Below are positions 45,933-60,900 of a DNA stretch of 64,000 nucleotides, in pieces. Within the stretch, counting starts at the first letter, position 1. The number at the start of each line of letters is the position of its first letter. Origin of the DNA: a virus. The stretch is taken from the IMG/VR virus record IMGVR_UViG_3300007276_000038, positions 1-64,000 of that record, one strand, 5' to 3'. Under the pieces are notes generated by a model. It saw nothing but the letters and a program-made list of their open reading frames with translations, was not told where the DNA came from and searched no databases. Both the position numbers and the translations under genes were made by a program.

Positions 45933-48900
45933 TTATTGTACGTCATGTAAGAACCTCATAATGTTATCTACGCTAGTAAAATCAATATTGCCAGCGTCAG
46001 CTAGACTCAATGAAGTTCCACTTACTAAGGTTGCAGCATCCCATCTCCACGTGTTAGGCTGACCGTTATAAGTATACGTTGTTATTATTAAATTGCTGCC
46101 CGGTGGATCAAACACCTCTACGTAAGCAGGATCAAACGTTGCTGGTGAATATGTGATGCCTATTAGACTATTTGCTTCGTCTACTGTAGCTATCAACACA
46201 TACACATTTACATTAGAATTAGCCGGAGTATTTTCTGTAACTTGTATCGCAGCGCCTTCAACTAATCCTATGTTAGCATAAGTGTTGCTGGTCGCGCCAA
46301 CACTTATATTAGCTGTCTGTAAGTCCGCAGATATTAGTGTACCAAAGGTGTTCTCTACTACTACGTTTGCTTCATCCCATCTATCAAGCTGTGTATAGTT
46401 TGCTGCATCTTCGTCGGCTTCGTTAATCAATACTCTTAGTCCAGTTACTGGATCAAGTATAAGATCACCGTTACCATCACGTAGATACGTAGCCGAAGTA
46501 CCCGGGGTTAAGTCAATTGACTCGTACCATTCATCAACATTACCGAAGTATACTGATCCAGTAGTTAGCCATACATTTTGTCTTGGGTTTAGATTATTGA
46601 ATAACTGGCCAGGGGAAGCAGAGTACACTTCAGAACCATACACATGATCTTGTATAGTTGTACCATCTTGTCCTCTTCTAAGCTGCGACAACACCTTACC
46701 AACCTTACTTGAGTATCCTATCTTCTCCCCATTGATCCATACAAATCCAGGCTCTTCTCTGTTAGCGTCTTCTAATGTATCCAACTCATCTCTAAGCACA
46801 ATAGTCTCGCTGTGTGCAAACAGTTTAGACTTAAATACTAAACTGGTGCCTGTTGTTGCTTCACTAGTAAAGTCTACGGTAACAACATCAGTTGAATCGT
46901 TTATACTTGTTACCTCACCGATCAACTCATCAGTGTCGGCTCTATGTACCTGCATAAACATTACTATGCCCTTGCTTTCCTGTAGCTGTACTTCGTTTGT
47001 GCCTACAGTAACGTTAGCATCAAGTTCGACGGGAACTGTATCTGTAACTAACTCACCTGTGGATAACTTAGTTATGCGAAGGTAATCTGACTCGCCGAAC
47101 AAAGTATGGTGCATTCTGTACTTAACCTCTCTTGATGCTGGAGGTAGTGACGCTAATATATTTCCGTTACTATCAAACGCATCAGTCGATGTAGTCACTG
47201 TCATAATAAAGTTTTCTAGTGGTGTAAGCTGCACTAGCTCTTCAGGATGCTCTGGACCGTATATACCTCGCTGGAACGTTCCTGCTGAGAATCCCGAATA
47301 TACTTCGTCATTGACTTGTAATGTAGAGTTACCAGTGAACGTTCCTTCGTATGAGTCATAAGTTTGTATTGTATTCAATCCATCACTTTCTAATGGATCA
47401 ACATCGTAACTATATGCCAGACTTGCGTTAGACGTGTGGTCTAGCTCATTATCAATAAACTGGTCAAAGATGCCGCCATCAAGTGAAGAACCTCTATATG
47501 CTCCGCCAACTTTAGATTGCAGTAAGTCAAGTGTTCCTGACAGACCGTTATTAGAAACAATGTCTTCCATTGCGCTTACGTTACCCACAATATCTATATT
47601 TTCAAAAGCTGTTGCATCATCGAAGTATCTATTAACTTCTAAGTTAAAGCAATTTATGACAACAGGATCGTAAACAAATATTCTGTCAATTGCGCGTAGT
47701 CCGTCAGTGTGGAATCGTATCTCTGAATTAGCAACTAAAACGTTGCTTAATGCAGTTGTAATTGTTACGGTGCTGTTAGCTTCGTTAATTGATTCTACTA
47801 AGCCTGATATTACATCGACGTTGTCAAGAACAACATCAACTTCTTGCCCGATGTAAATACCCTCTACATCATCAATAGCAATAATACTATCGTCGACTTC
47901 TGCATTTGCTGTTATTGTTCTAAACTTGCTTTCGTATGTAATTGCGCGAGGATCAATTTGTGTTAGATACGCTATATTTTCTGCGATGCTTCTATTCAGC
48001 GAAGTAGTACTCTTGTCTACGTTGCGTCTAGTTAGTTCCCAGTTCGTTCTATCAAAAACCATCACTGTATTAGTCTTGCGAATTATATCAGTATTGCCAC
48101 TAGTATATGCAGTGAAATAATCAATATATCTTGGGTCAGTAGACAATATTGCTTGATCTGCTTCCGACTGCTCGTTTAGTATGCGTGTAGTATTTGCGTC
48201 TGCATCTACGTACGGTGGCTTGTCTGCATCACTTAGACTATTTTGACCTACTGTATCCAACTCTGCTGATTTACCATCTTTGTACTCACGTATCTTAGAA
48301 TGATACGGTTTCACATCATTCATGTAGTCTAGTACGCGCTGGAAGTTCTCTGGCTTAAATCCGCTGTACTGTTTTAGATCATTTTCTTGCTTTTCGATAT
48401 ACAAGTAACTTGTCTTGAATGCCCACGATAACTGACCTTGTTCGGTGTATGCGTATTTAACAAGCTCAAAGAATAATTCATTCCAGAACGTTGTGCCTAC
48501 AAATACATTGTCGCGTAGTGTTTCTAGCAATGATCTAACTTCTAATGCTAGTGTGGGATTTTGTTCATCAGTAAATACGCTATCGTTAAATTTAACTGTA
48601 TCGTTCGATATGCTGATTAATTCAAAGTTAGCAAGTGATGCTCTGTACATCCATAACTGTGAGGAGTTGTTCTGATCGCTTTGCACAAGAACTACAGTTT
48701 CATCAGGTATATCAACTAGCCTATCTAGTTCGCTTACGTTTGATACTTTGTAAACTGGCTTGTAGCTTTCGTCGAAACGTATTTTTTCATTAGTAGCTGT
48801 ATCAACACGATCAACTTCATACCAGCTAACTGTTTCTATGTACGTGCGGTCTGAAGGTAAGTTAACGTCCCATGCCGGGAATTGACTATTAAGTTTTAGT

Positions 48901-51900
48901 CCAGCTAACATTTCATTAATGACACTCACCATCACTCGTCGTGCGCCTGATATGTTCTCAAACATTGTTTGTCGAGGACGGAAATTTGTTCCGTAACGTT
49001 CAACATAACTTAATGTAGGATCAGGCACACTTTGGAAGATTGCGTTTTCGCCAGCTAAACTATCAATTAACTTCTCTGACAATATGCTAGGAACAGTACT
49101 ACTGCTATCGTTCTCACGCACTAATTTCCACGCTGTGTGACTTAGCCCATCAGGATTTAAATTTCTGCTAAAGTTAATTTGCAGATGATTTTCTTCGTTT
49201 TCTAATAACTCGCCTACATTGCTAAGTATAAAGCTCTCATCACTTGCAAAGCTAATAGTGTGCAATCCATAACCAACTGGATTTGCTATGTATCGTGCAA
49301 CTGTCTGCGTATCTAACTTACGGCCTAAGTCTCGCTTAATACGATCATCAATAATATTGCGATTCTGTACCCAATAATAATAATACATCGTGTATTGGCC
49401 TGTTACAGGATCACGTCGACGTTCTGTTATGAATTTGTCAGGCCAGCGTGGCGATCCGTTGCCTGTCCATTTACTAGGCAATGCCTTAGACTCTACCCAC
49501 TCGCAAATAGTAATAGAACTTCCAGGGAATGTTCTGCCCCAGTTATTTGCACGATTTAAATTAGTTCCTTGCTCGTACCACATATACCGTACTGTGCTAG
49601 TATCCCACCAAACTTTACCTATATTATTCTGACCAAAACCAGTTCTTGCATTATTGTATGCTACAGGATCATTGTCAGTTATAAAATGTATTTCATTATC
49701 AATAAATCCTGGTAGTACGCCTTTGAACGGATCCCATAGATTTAGTGTAGCGGTTCGTGCGCCTGTATCATTGTCGTACAGTAACGCACTGCGAACGTAA
49801 TCTACATCAACTAGCGGTTCTTGCTGTCTAATTATTTCGCCGTCCTCTAGATACGCCCAGCCGTTACCTTCATAGTCATCCACCCATGCCTTCGGTAAGT
49901 TAACTGTATTTGCTACGTTGCCAGGCTCAACTTCTCTGTTGTCTAGCGGTAACTGATTCGTTTCATTGAATCGTTTGCTTTCAAAGATATTAACAGTAGT
50001 TAACTCTTTTTTAGCTGTAGTGTTTAACGTAAGTGCATCGCCAAAGATATTTGTAATTTCGTACTTATATAGTTCTCTTATTGGATTGATAACTGCATCG
50101 CCAAAGATACTGTTATTGTCTGTTTCTAAGTCAAACAAGCATAGTAGACTTAATAATCTACTTGGAGGAATACTTGCTAATGGTCTTCCTGTAATCTCAG
50201 CTATACGCTGTTCGTCTAACAAGCCAAGAGACTCGTTAGTTTCATACAAGCGATCTATTTCTTCTGCTGCTGTTGCTGCCCCGCCAGTAGACGAAGCATC
50301 ATTAGCAATACCTTCTAGACATAATATACCTAAGTCGTAATCGCCAATCGGTAATCCTAATTTTTCAAGGAAGCCTGGTGTTGACGAATCTATATTGACG
50401 CCCGGGAATGTAGTGTTTAACTCGATTATACTTAAATCTTCGACTGGTGTTACATCAAACGACAGATCCTCTGGTGCATAGCCTACACCAACTAAGGCGT
50501 CATTAAGTGCAGCAACTAGTGCTTCGGGTGCGTTAACTTGAGTAACAACATCTGGTATTCCTAGTGCTTCTTTAGCTGTGCCTTTCTCAGAACAATCTGG
50601 AACTTCTTGCGCTGTTATAAACAGTCTTGCACCTGAACCACCTGATGTTATGTTCGGCTCTGCATACTGACCGTATTCAGCACTACTTGAGTCTTGATTA
50701 AAGTTAAACGTTTTTCTTAATAACTTACCTTCGTCAAATGCTTGCTGTGCAGATCCTCTGAACGCAGCGTCGATCAATACGTAAGTATTAGGATCATACG
50801 CGCCCGGAGAACCAGTGTACGGTATAAAGTTTTTACCGTTCCAATAGTATTCAGGTGTTAGCTTCCAATCAGGATGCTTAAACTGTTGGCCTGTACCAGC
50901 TTCTTTAATAAACAATGCTACTGTAACAATTAGGTTAAGCCAAATAATTTTTTCAGCGCCTACTAGTGTGTCTGCTCCAAACTCTCGCGCTTTACGCTGA
51001 ACTTCAGCAATAATTGCGTCTTGCTCTGGAGTAGTAGGGTTTTCAGCTTTGTACGTAGCGACTAGCTGATCAAACAACTCAAAGTTAAAGTCAATAAACG
51101 GTTCTAGCCCATACTCAGGGTGTCTAGGTGTGCCGTACTGTGCATTATCACGTGCAGGATCTGCAACACCTAGCATCTTATCGCGCTGGTCTCTTGTAAT
51201 TATTCCTGCTTCTGGATTAATTAACCCTACGCCTTGTGCTGCGTAATCATACTCAAGAGGTATACCGTATGTTAAATCACTCGGGAATACTTTGTATAGA
51301 CCTCTGTCTATAACACGTAAGCTAGTAATAGTACCGTCTTCGTCCACATCAGTCACAATAAACTTAGCAATACGCAACGGTCCTGCCATTGAGGTGTATC
51401 CATCTGCAAACAAATCATCTGACGTTAAGTCACCAGGGTCGCGGTTAGTTAAATCAACTTCTGGATTAAGTGCGATTAACGAACTCACTTTTGCTGGGAT
51501 CTTTCTCAGTGTAGGATCTATAGTATCAACAAGAGATGCTCTAGTAGAAGTTATGCTTGTGTAGCTTTCAAACCATGGTCGTCTAGCAGTAACAGTTATA
51601 CCGTTGCCAAACAGCAAGTCAACACTTTCTTGTGTTGAGAATACAGCATCTTCTACATAAAACTTGTTAGCGAATACAGTTGGGTCACCTTCCGATGAAT
51701 CTGGAATCCAAAACAAACCAGTTTGTGGTGTTCCGCCATCTGGAGTAAATGCAATTTCAACATAGCTATTAGGACGAATCCAGCCGCTAGCTGCGGTAGC
51801 TGTGTTAACTTGTATCTCTGCTCTTGATGCTGTAGAAACATCTTGGGTTGATCGATCAACCCAAGCAATACTTGTGTTTGCTACTGCTACACTATCATCT

Positions 51901-54900
51901 ACGCCAAATGTTACTGGTGCCGTAGCTCTCAAGAATCTGTTTTCTGCAACTCTTGAACCTGTTCTGTTACCATTAACGTCTAGTTCTTCTCTAACATACT
52001 CTACACGTATAGTTTCTCCGCCTTGCACCGTGACCTGGTCAGGCCATGCTGAATTTATAACTACAGGAGTTATAGTTTGTGGTGAGCGATCAAAGATTTC
52101 AATCTTAGGTGGACGACTCGCATCGTAGCCAGCGCCTTGATTCAATACTTCTATTGTTGCTATGCCACCTAACTCATCCAATGACGTTACTTGTGCAGCG
52201 GCACCTATGCCAGGTGCGTTACCATCGCTATTAATAATAACTTGTAAGTTAGCAGGGTTAGTATAACCTGCGCCTGCGCTATCAATACAAATAACAGTTA
52301 ATGGTCCTTTTTGGTTATTTACTGGCGTACCGCCAATTAAACGTAGTCTATCACCTATCCTATATCCTGAGCCGCCTGTTGTAAACGACGAGGTGTTAGT
52401 TTGTGAATACACAGGAGCGATTGACGGGAATGTCATTGTTACACTTCTATCTTCTGGTAGTAACGCTTGCACTGGTTGTCCATCTTCGATTGCAATATAG
52501 CGAGGTAATGTAAGTGTGCCACCTTGATCTAAGATTCCGTTTGTGCCACCACCGCTGGCTGCTGAGAACGAACCGTCTACTGGACCAAACACGTACTGCT
52601 CTGTAATAGTTTCAGTTTCATTTTTCGCTTGCTCGAAGCCACGGTTAATGTGGAAGTCACCTACTTGCTTATATCTTCCTCCAGCACAGCCGTTGCCTGC
52701 TGTCCAAGCTCTACCGTCACAACTTGAAAGAACAAGTTTTTCGCCTGCTTGTGAATTTCTAATTACAGCACTTAAACCAAAGTTGCCGCAGTTAATTTGT
52801 GTCTTGACATCTTGGAAACTAGTTCCTCGTATAATAACTTTACGACCGTTTAAGAACAGCTCGCTGTTTTCTTGTATGCCGAATAAGTCATCTTGGTTTA
52901 ACGTTATACTAGGAGTAGGCCGTTTAACTGCTGCTACTGCTGTTGGGCCTGCTGCTACTGATCCGTCTATGTTAAAGTTCAACGGTGTAATTTCTATTAC
53001 TGGTTGATTAACATAACGTATAGACGAATTATCAAATCGCGTAAACTGCGACGGCTCAAATGCTTGTCCTGTAACTGTTTCAATCGGATCAACAGTTTGC
53101 GGAATCTCAGTACCTGGCTGGTCGAAAGCTGGCCCGTCAATAACATACGTTGTTCCTGCTGTTGTTCCACGGTTACCTGTAACGTTATTAATACGTTGCC
53201 CGTTAACATTATATGTTGAGCCAATACGTGTTGGGTTATAACGCAATGTAGTATTAAGCGTACTTGCATCACCTAAGTTACCTGCCCAAGGCTCACGTAC
53301 TACTTGGTTAGATCTAATTAATGTTCTCGGTACGCGGCTAACTGTAGTAAGTCTCTTGCGTAGCGGAAGAACTTTTCCACCTGATACTCTCTGACTAGTT
53401 GCACTTACAAATCGCCCTGGTTCGATCTGGGCACTGTATCCGTAACTCTCTGGATTAACAATTTTACGGCTTGGCTTCTTGAACGATGTTGGGAAAAAGT
53501 TATACCCTGTCATGTTTTGCTGACCGTAACCAGAGAAGTTACCAAAAACAAAACCACCTAAGTTAATTCGTTCTCTTATTGCCGCCAAATCTATTTCGGT
53601 ACCGTCTGCTGTAACGTATATATCCTGCGATGTGTCAGGTGCTGGTGCTGGTGCAGGTGCAGGTGCAGGTGCTGGTGCAGGTGCTGGTGCTGGATCGTCA
53701 AACAAGCCCGCGGCTGCTGCCGCTATAACTGCTGCTAAAGCGCCTGGCGCAATTTGGAAGTCAGGCGCAGCCGCGCCGTCAGTGCCTGGGGCTGGGTTAG
53801 ATACAGGAGTATCTTCACCTCCGTTCTGAGCAGCACAAGCATCTTCATAGCCTCGAGGACATTCTCCGTATACTTGCTGATAACACCTCAACTGGGTATC
53901 GCTAAATCCACCTGTGGATAACAGACCACCTTGTCCAGCAGCTACACAATCTATAAATGCTTGACGGCGTGGATCTTCTTCCCTGGGTTCTGACGGGGTA
54001 TCATTTGTTGTATCGTTAACTGTATCTGCGCCTCCGTCATTGCTGTCGCTACCGGTTGTTGGCGCTGGGTTAGATCCTTCAACTACACACGTTCTTCCTG
54101 TGAATGTAAAGTAATTAGTTACAAAAGTAGGCACATCAAATTGGTAGCCGCCAAACAAGTTAGTGTTAAGTGTAGTAGACGTAGTTTCGCCTGTCGCCAC
54201 TTTATACTTAAGATCAAAGAAGCCCCTGTCAGCACCCTCTGTTGTGTTACTTGCTATAATTCGAACAAAGTAAAACTTACCTTCTTCTAGATAAACGTTT
54301 GCGCCTGTTTCTGTAATATCATTTGCGTTAGACGTTGCTAGTGCAGCATTATCTCTATGGTATCTCTTATCAGCAAGGTATGCAGCTTTTGAACTAGGGT
54401 ATCCTCCGTCTGGATATCCGTCTTCTTTAAAGTATTCTTCTGCTGCAAGATCATCTACACCGATACGATAGTCAACGCCATTAACTCTCTTATCAAAAGA
54501 ACTAGATATCCAAACCCACAATGCATCATTAGCGCGTCCAACTAACTGATAGTTTCCAGTCACTGGCGCTCTAAAATAACCTTTCAATTCTACAGTAGAA
54601 CATCTGCGAGGGAAGTCCTCAAAAAAGTCTAGGGTTCTAACACGAGTATTTAAATCGTTAACAACTGATGGCCAGTCTGCACCACGGTTTCTTACTCTGC
54701 TGTTAGGCGTAATGTTTATAAGATTAGTTTTGTTCGCATCCAATCCTTGATAACCAGTTACTGGTAACTTGTTGTATGGGAAATAAATATTATGGACATA
54801 GCCCCTTCCTATCTTTTCCCGTTCGCCGTAACCTATCCATCCGTTTGCATTATTATCAGTTGCAAACCAGCGTCGAAGCGTGGCGCCATCAGCGTATCCA

Positions 54901-57900
54901 ACACTCGGACTGTTGCGCTCACCAGTAGAACAATCTGCTTCTTCACCCGAATCAATCACTAAGCGTATAGCATAATTAATGTATAACAGCCAATCTTGTG
55001 CAGCTGAGCCAGCACCTTCTTTAACCATGATAACTACGTATTCACCTACTCCGCAGTTTACTTCACGTTGAATAAATCCTACACCTTTAATACCTAGGTA
55101 GTCAGCTTCGTTATAATAAGAAATCCAGTTGTCGCCTAATACGCTAATCTTAGGTCCTGGTGTGTCTGGAGTACCAGTAGTGTCTATCGTGAACTGTGTT
55201 TCTGCTAGGTTAGTATTTTCTACACCTAGTGCTGTTGATACGTCTTCTACTTCTTTACCTAAACCTAATGTTCTGTCAATATCATCAACACCGTACTGTC
55301 CTATTTGTGTTCCGTTGTTAGTTAAGAAATCACCGTTTGACTTTGTGTCAATTACTAGTCTTGCTTCTTCAAACCATCCTTGCTCATCAAACGTATCACT
55401 TTCGGGATTGTAGGGAACATCGCTTTGGAATACAGCTATACCTATGCCGTTGTCTGCTGCCAGTGAATTAAAGAATATACGGAAAGGCTCAATTCCGGCT
55501 ACCTGTGTTTGATAGTAATAGCCGCCAGTAGTGCCTGGTATAGGATTAGTTGCTGATCTTCCGTTTATAACTGATGATGGGAAAGTTAAGTCAACGGTTG
55601 TACAACTACCATCTGCATTAGTGTTTTTAGCAGAGGTTGTTGGTATTGGGGTACACGGTCCTGGTAATCCTTCAAGTGCAGCACCGTTAATAATTGGGCC
55701 AATTTGTGTTACTGGAACAGTATCAACCCAATCATTGTTGTTAACTAGTTCGCCAGTTGATGTTACTACTGCGCCCGGCGCTACTTGATTTCCCACAGAC
55801 AATTGAGCAGTTTCGTCTGGTGCTCCTGTGCTGCCGCCTGCCAACGATGATGGTGCAAATAAGTCCCATATATTGCTGTCAGTTGTTGTTTGGAAATCTA
55901 CATTATCTGCTACACTGTTGTTCCAATCTTTTCCGCCCCATCCTGTATCTGGTATAATACGTCTTGTAACAGCATTAGGTGGTAGCTCTGTCAAGCGAAT
56001 GTACTTCATTCGAGTTACAGTTCCTAAGTAGTCAGCATACACTGGCTGCGGAGTATTATTAGCATCTACATTATTATAGTTAAAACGCACTAACTGATTA
56101 GTGTAAGTAAACGGTTCTGTCCAGAAACACGCAACAAATATTTCTTCAGGGCGTATGTTCTCATTAGACACATCTTCGTCTGTTAGCTCGACGTATGTAG
56201 GTGGCGATGTAACAACACTATCAATAAGTGCATCATCTGTTTCTTCAAGTACGTTGCCATCTGCATCAAGGAAAGTACTAGTAGAAAAATTACCCTGCGG
56301 TGGGTACACACTAAACTTCTTATTGTATACGAATCTAGGTATAGGAGCGTTATACTCGTTTAAGAATGACGGGTACTCTTGTCCCAAATGATTGTCATTG
56401 GCTGTGTAATAACCCGAGCCGTATCCAAGAACGGAAGGATTACCGTTAACACCTGGAAGCGGTCCAGGACCGCTTGCTGTTGGTGCCCACTGACCTGGTG
56501 TTAATCCTGGTGTCCACATGAAGAAACTATTGTATCCAGGTTTAGATACTTCTATCATTGCTCTGCGACCCGAAGTATCTGACCCTATCTCTAAGCTAGG
56601 CAATCCTTCAAAGTTTCCTATCGGACTAGACCCGTTGCCGCTTGCTAATGCAAATGGTTCTGGCACCAACTGCTTACCTAGGTAGTTTGCTGGTTCAACT
56701 GTTGAAAGTTCTAATGCAGTCTGTGCAAAGTTCTTTATAATGTCGTCATTGTTTATAACTCTATCATTGCCGTCTAAGATTAAACCAATGTTGTTTCTGT
56801 AGTAATAATCAGTTGCTAGATATCCTAAGAAATCACTATACGCATTTACTGTCTGATAAAAGTCATGTCGTATTGCCGGAGGGGAAACCCTGTCCAGTAG
56901 TGAATAGTAAATATCTAAATCATCATTTTGCACTGCTTGGTAAACTTCAAATACCATATCACTCGAAGGCTTTAATCTAAATGCAGGTACTGTTGCTGGA
57001 TCACCTGTTGTAGTAAATGTTTTTTCTAGCAGCATGTTGTAAGTAGATTGCTTTCTCCCTGGCAAGAATACAGTGTTTGATCCTGTGCCTGGAATGTTAA
57101 GTAATACAAGTGCATTAGCTTCCTGTGTGTTAGATAGCAAATCAGCATCAACGTGCCCTTCAGGTGTTTTAACTAAATCTGAATTTGTTTCTTGTTGGTC
57201 ACTTAAATTAATAAGCACAGAATCCACTGCTCTGTACCGTTGTATTGTAGGATCCCATCTATACTCAATTAACGATTCTTGATCTGTGTACACTAGTCCT
57301 TTGTAAGGTCCTCTAATATCAGGTCCTTTGTTAAACGTAGTATCTAATTCTTTTTCTTTACCGTTACTAATTTCAAGTGTCCCAGTAACCGGAATCTTAT
57401 TATCTGACAGAAGATTAATTATTTCTTCTTCTTTTATATATGGCCCATAGTTACTGATCGCCGGTATAGTAGTTGGCATTCCCAACGGGTCATTTTGTAT
57501 CGGTGCTTGTGGATCATTTAGCATCCCAAATCGTAGGCCAAAAGAATCTTGCTTCGTAAATAACTTACGCAGATTCATCTGACGGTTAAGACTAGTAGTC
57601 ATACCGTCTAAGTTATTGTAGCTATCTATAGCAATATTACGGCCATTCATTCGCGCTTTGTTGTGATCTAGCGTAGTAATAATTGGATAGCGATCGCTAT
57701 TGCGTGGCTCTTGTCGCATTATAGTAATTTTAGTACTAACGTTAGCATCGCTTGATAATGCGTTTGCTGCAACGTATGCTACATTATCAACTATGCTTAT
57801 AAGTGATGCTGGGACAATTTCTGAATTACTATTATAAAATGCTACTGCATCGCTTAGTCTATAGCTATCAGCCATCACTATTGTATTTGTTGCATTAGCT

Positions 57901-60900
57901 GCCGTAACATTACCCTCGTCGAATAAATTACTAACGTTTAAGTAAGCTGACTTTTCCTCATAGAAGTAATAGTCAATACCTGACTTAGACTGTACGCCGT
58001 CTATTGAAATAGTATTCGGTGTTATTGAGCTAATATTATATACTTTGTTGTAGTATAAAGGAACAGTAAAGTGTACCGCAATGCGTTTGCCGTTGTCTGC
58101 GTATGCTTGTGTAATACCGTGAGGACCAACAGTTTCAATTGTTATTCCGTCTCCGATAATGTTGCCTTGATTAAAATCAAAAGTGTACGGGCTGTTAATA
58201 ACAAACGTATTCGCTGTCACTTGTTGTGCTTGGAAATCACCGCCGAACACATCAGTGTTTATACGAACAACCTCGCCTTCTATTACGTTGTGATCTGATG
58301 CAGTAACAATTGTTTTGTTTAGATGCAGAGCTGATACAGCGTCAGTTACCACTGTATTCGGTCTTGATATCTCAAACGATTCAGTTGTTACGTTACTTGC
58401 AATATAAAAATCTGCATTAGCCGGAGTATAATCAACATAGCTTACTACTGTATAAGAAGCGCCAAAGATATTAGATATTGTGTTGCTATCAAATTCTGGA
58501 TCGCTGATTATGATTTTACCGTTTGCTTCGTCGATGGCATCGACATAATAACTTCTATTCGTTAACGAATAAACTAAGTTAATTGTGTTAACTTCATTCG
58601 GACTCAGTGCATTAATATTTGCTGCTGCGTTAGCTAGCAGTAGTGGATCTGGTGATCCATTAAACAATATCATTACATTGCCTACACCCTGGTCATTGAT
58701 TAGGGTAGTAAGTTCTGTTAGTCCATTGTCTAGTATAGCTGTAGCTGTAGCCGCGTTGCCAGTAGTAGTATTTTCGATTGTTACTGTTGGCGCAGTAAGA
58801 TAACCAGCACCTTTAGCAGTTACTTCGATAGCACCAATAACACCGTCAAGCACAGCTTCGGCAGTTGCGCTAGATCCGTCGCCTATAATCTCTAGTGCTG
58901 GTGCTTCAAGTAGCCCACCCGGGCAAAATGCAACATCGACTATCACGTTACCGACAATTTTATCAACTGAAGCAAATGCTTGTGAGTTTGGATTCGGCGC
59001 ACTTACTCCTGGAGCATCTATTGTAATTACAATATTGCTATCATCAGATCGGAAACCCGACCCTTGATCTGTTATTGTAATTTTGTAAATTTCACCGGTA
59101 TCAGCGTCTATATCTCCTGCATTTACTATTGCTGTGGCGCCTGATCCTGAACCACCGGTGATAGTAACACTCGGTGGACTAGAATCGTCATAACCTAATC
59201 CGCCGAAATCCATCTTCAGCGATAATATTCCGCCTAGGATGTGCGGATGAATATCTGAACCACCTGCGGCCGCGATATCAGTTGAAAGAACCCCGTTGAT
59301 TAATAACGATGCAGTAGTCCAGTCACTTGTACTTGTTGTGGTGACTGAATCTATACATGCAACTATAATTGCTTCTGCTTCAGCGTCAAACTCAGCGCCT
59401 GCTGGGCTGCCAGTTAATGTTATATTAGGCGTAGATGTATAACCGTCGCCAGCAGTATCAATTGTGATAGAAGAAACAAACGTTGTATGTAACTCCATGT
59501 TATTCGGGCCATCAGTAGATACACTAGCATCATATGTGCTACTTGTTCCTATTCGGTCAACTAACTGTATAGCGTCACCTTCACCCACCGAACCTATTTG
59601 TCCAGACACTGTAACTATATCACTTAGATATTCTTCCGACGGAGTCAACAATAATCCTGACAACGGTGTTCCTGCGGTTGGTGCAGTGCTTTCGATATTA
59701 ACAATGCGACTAGGGCCAATCTTAGCAATCCTAGCTTCGATCATTCTAGGTGCTTCAACTTCAGCTAATGTCAATTGTTGCGAATCAACTATGTCTTCAT
59801 TTCGCCAAATGACAACATTATCACTTATGTTTGCATTTCTTAAAGCTAAGTAATAATCTAAATAACGTCCTGTACCTTCTTCACCAATCTGATTTGTGTC
59901 AAGGAAGTTAAACAAACTAACATCACTATATAACGACACTGTACCGGATAGATCTTTGTATAAAAATGTTTGCGAAGCATCAATGTCAGTAAGTTCATAA
60001 ACGTTCCAGTCATCGCGTTCTGCTCTTGCTATGTGTATTAAATCACCTTCGCTTGGCTTAATTACAATGCTATCATCATACAAGTCTGCTAAACTAGCTA
60101 TATCAAATGCTTGGAAATTAATATTTCCGCTATCAACATATCCTGCATTTCTGACAGTAGGGTAACGTTGATCAGTAACACCAGTATGATCGACGCTATC
60201 TAGTGTTGGCCACAATGTGCTTTCTCTAAAGCCGGTTGGCTTTTTAAGAAAACGCTCAGAGTCATCGATGTCAATTAATAATACGCCATCGTTGTCTGCA
60301 TCTGGGGTAATAACAAAATTGCGTCTTGACGTTAACCTAGCTGCAATTCCTTCGTCACTGGTTACCTTGATTACAATTGTAGCACCAGGAATGTCATCTT
60401 GGAGCCCTGAATCAAACTCCACTGTGGCACGTTCGATAACTTTTATTTGTGTATCGTTTGTAATTGCGTAATAAACTTCTCTATCTGTTTCATCGTATAT
60501 AACGTCTAGTGGTGGATTATACTGTACAGTTAACGCTTCAGGCGGTAATAGACTCAAGTCAGTAAATTGTATACTATTTTGTGTTAACGTATACACTTGC
60601 CCGGAAACGTTGCTCCATGTGTTGCCCACTGTTTCAGCATTTCCATCAGTATCATACCAGTTGTAAGTTGTAGTTGTATTTTTAATAAGTACGCCGTTGA
60701 TATACACGTCAACAAACCTATAGTCGCCGTTTGCATCAATTGCATCTACGCCTGATATGTTATTTGCTTTTAAGTTAGTGTTAGCAAAAGTAAACACAGG
60801 ATTAGTGTTAGCAATATCATACGTTACTTCTGCATTAGATTCGTTTATATTAACTTGTGTTCTAGGGTAAGTTATAGCGTCAGGTAAATCAGAGATAGCT

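Noticed and set aside
45881-45946. Longer N-terminus of the 228-aa baseplate-type ORF
   Set aside because: It overlaps the giant gene stop and the GATAAATA late motif; the ATG at 45880 has the better RBS and spacing.
53632-53829. + strand (Gly-Ala)n ORF
   Set aside because: It is the antisense reading of the (Pro-Ala)n linker in the giant protein.
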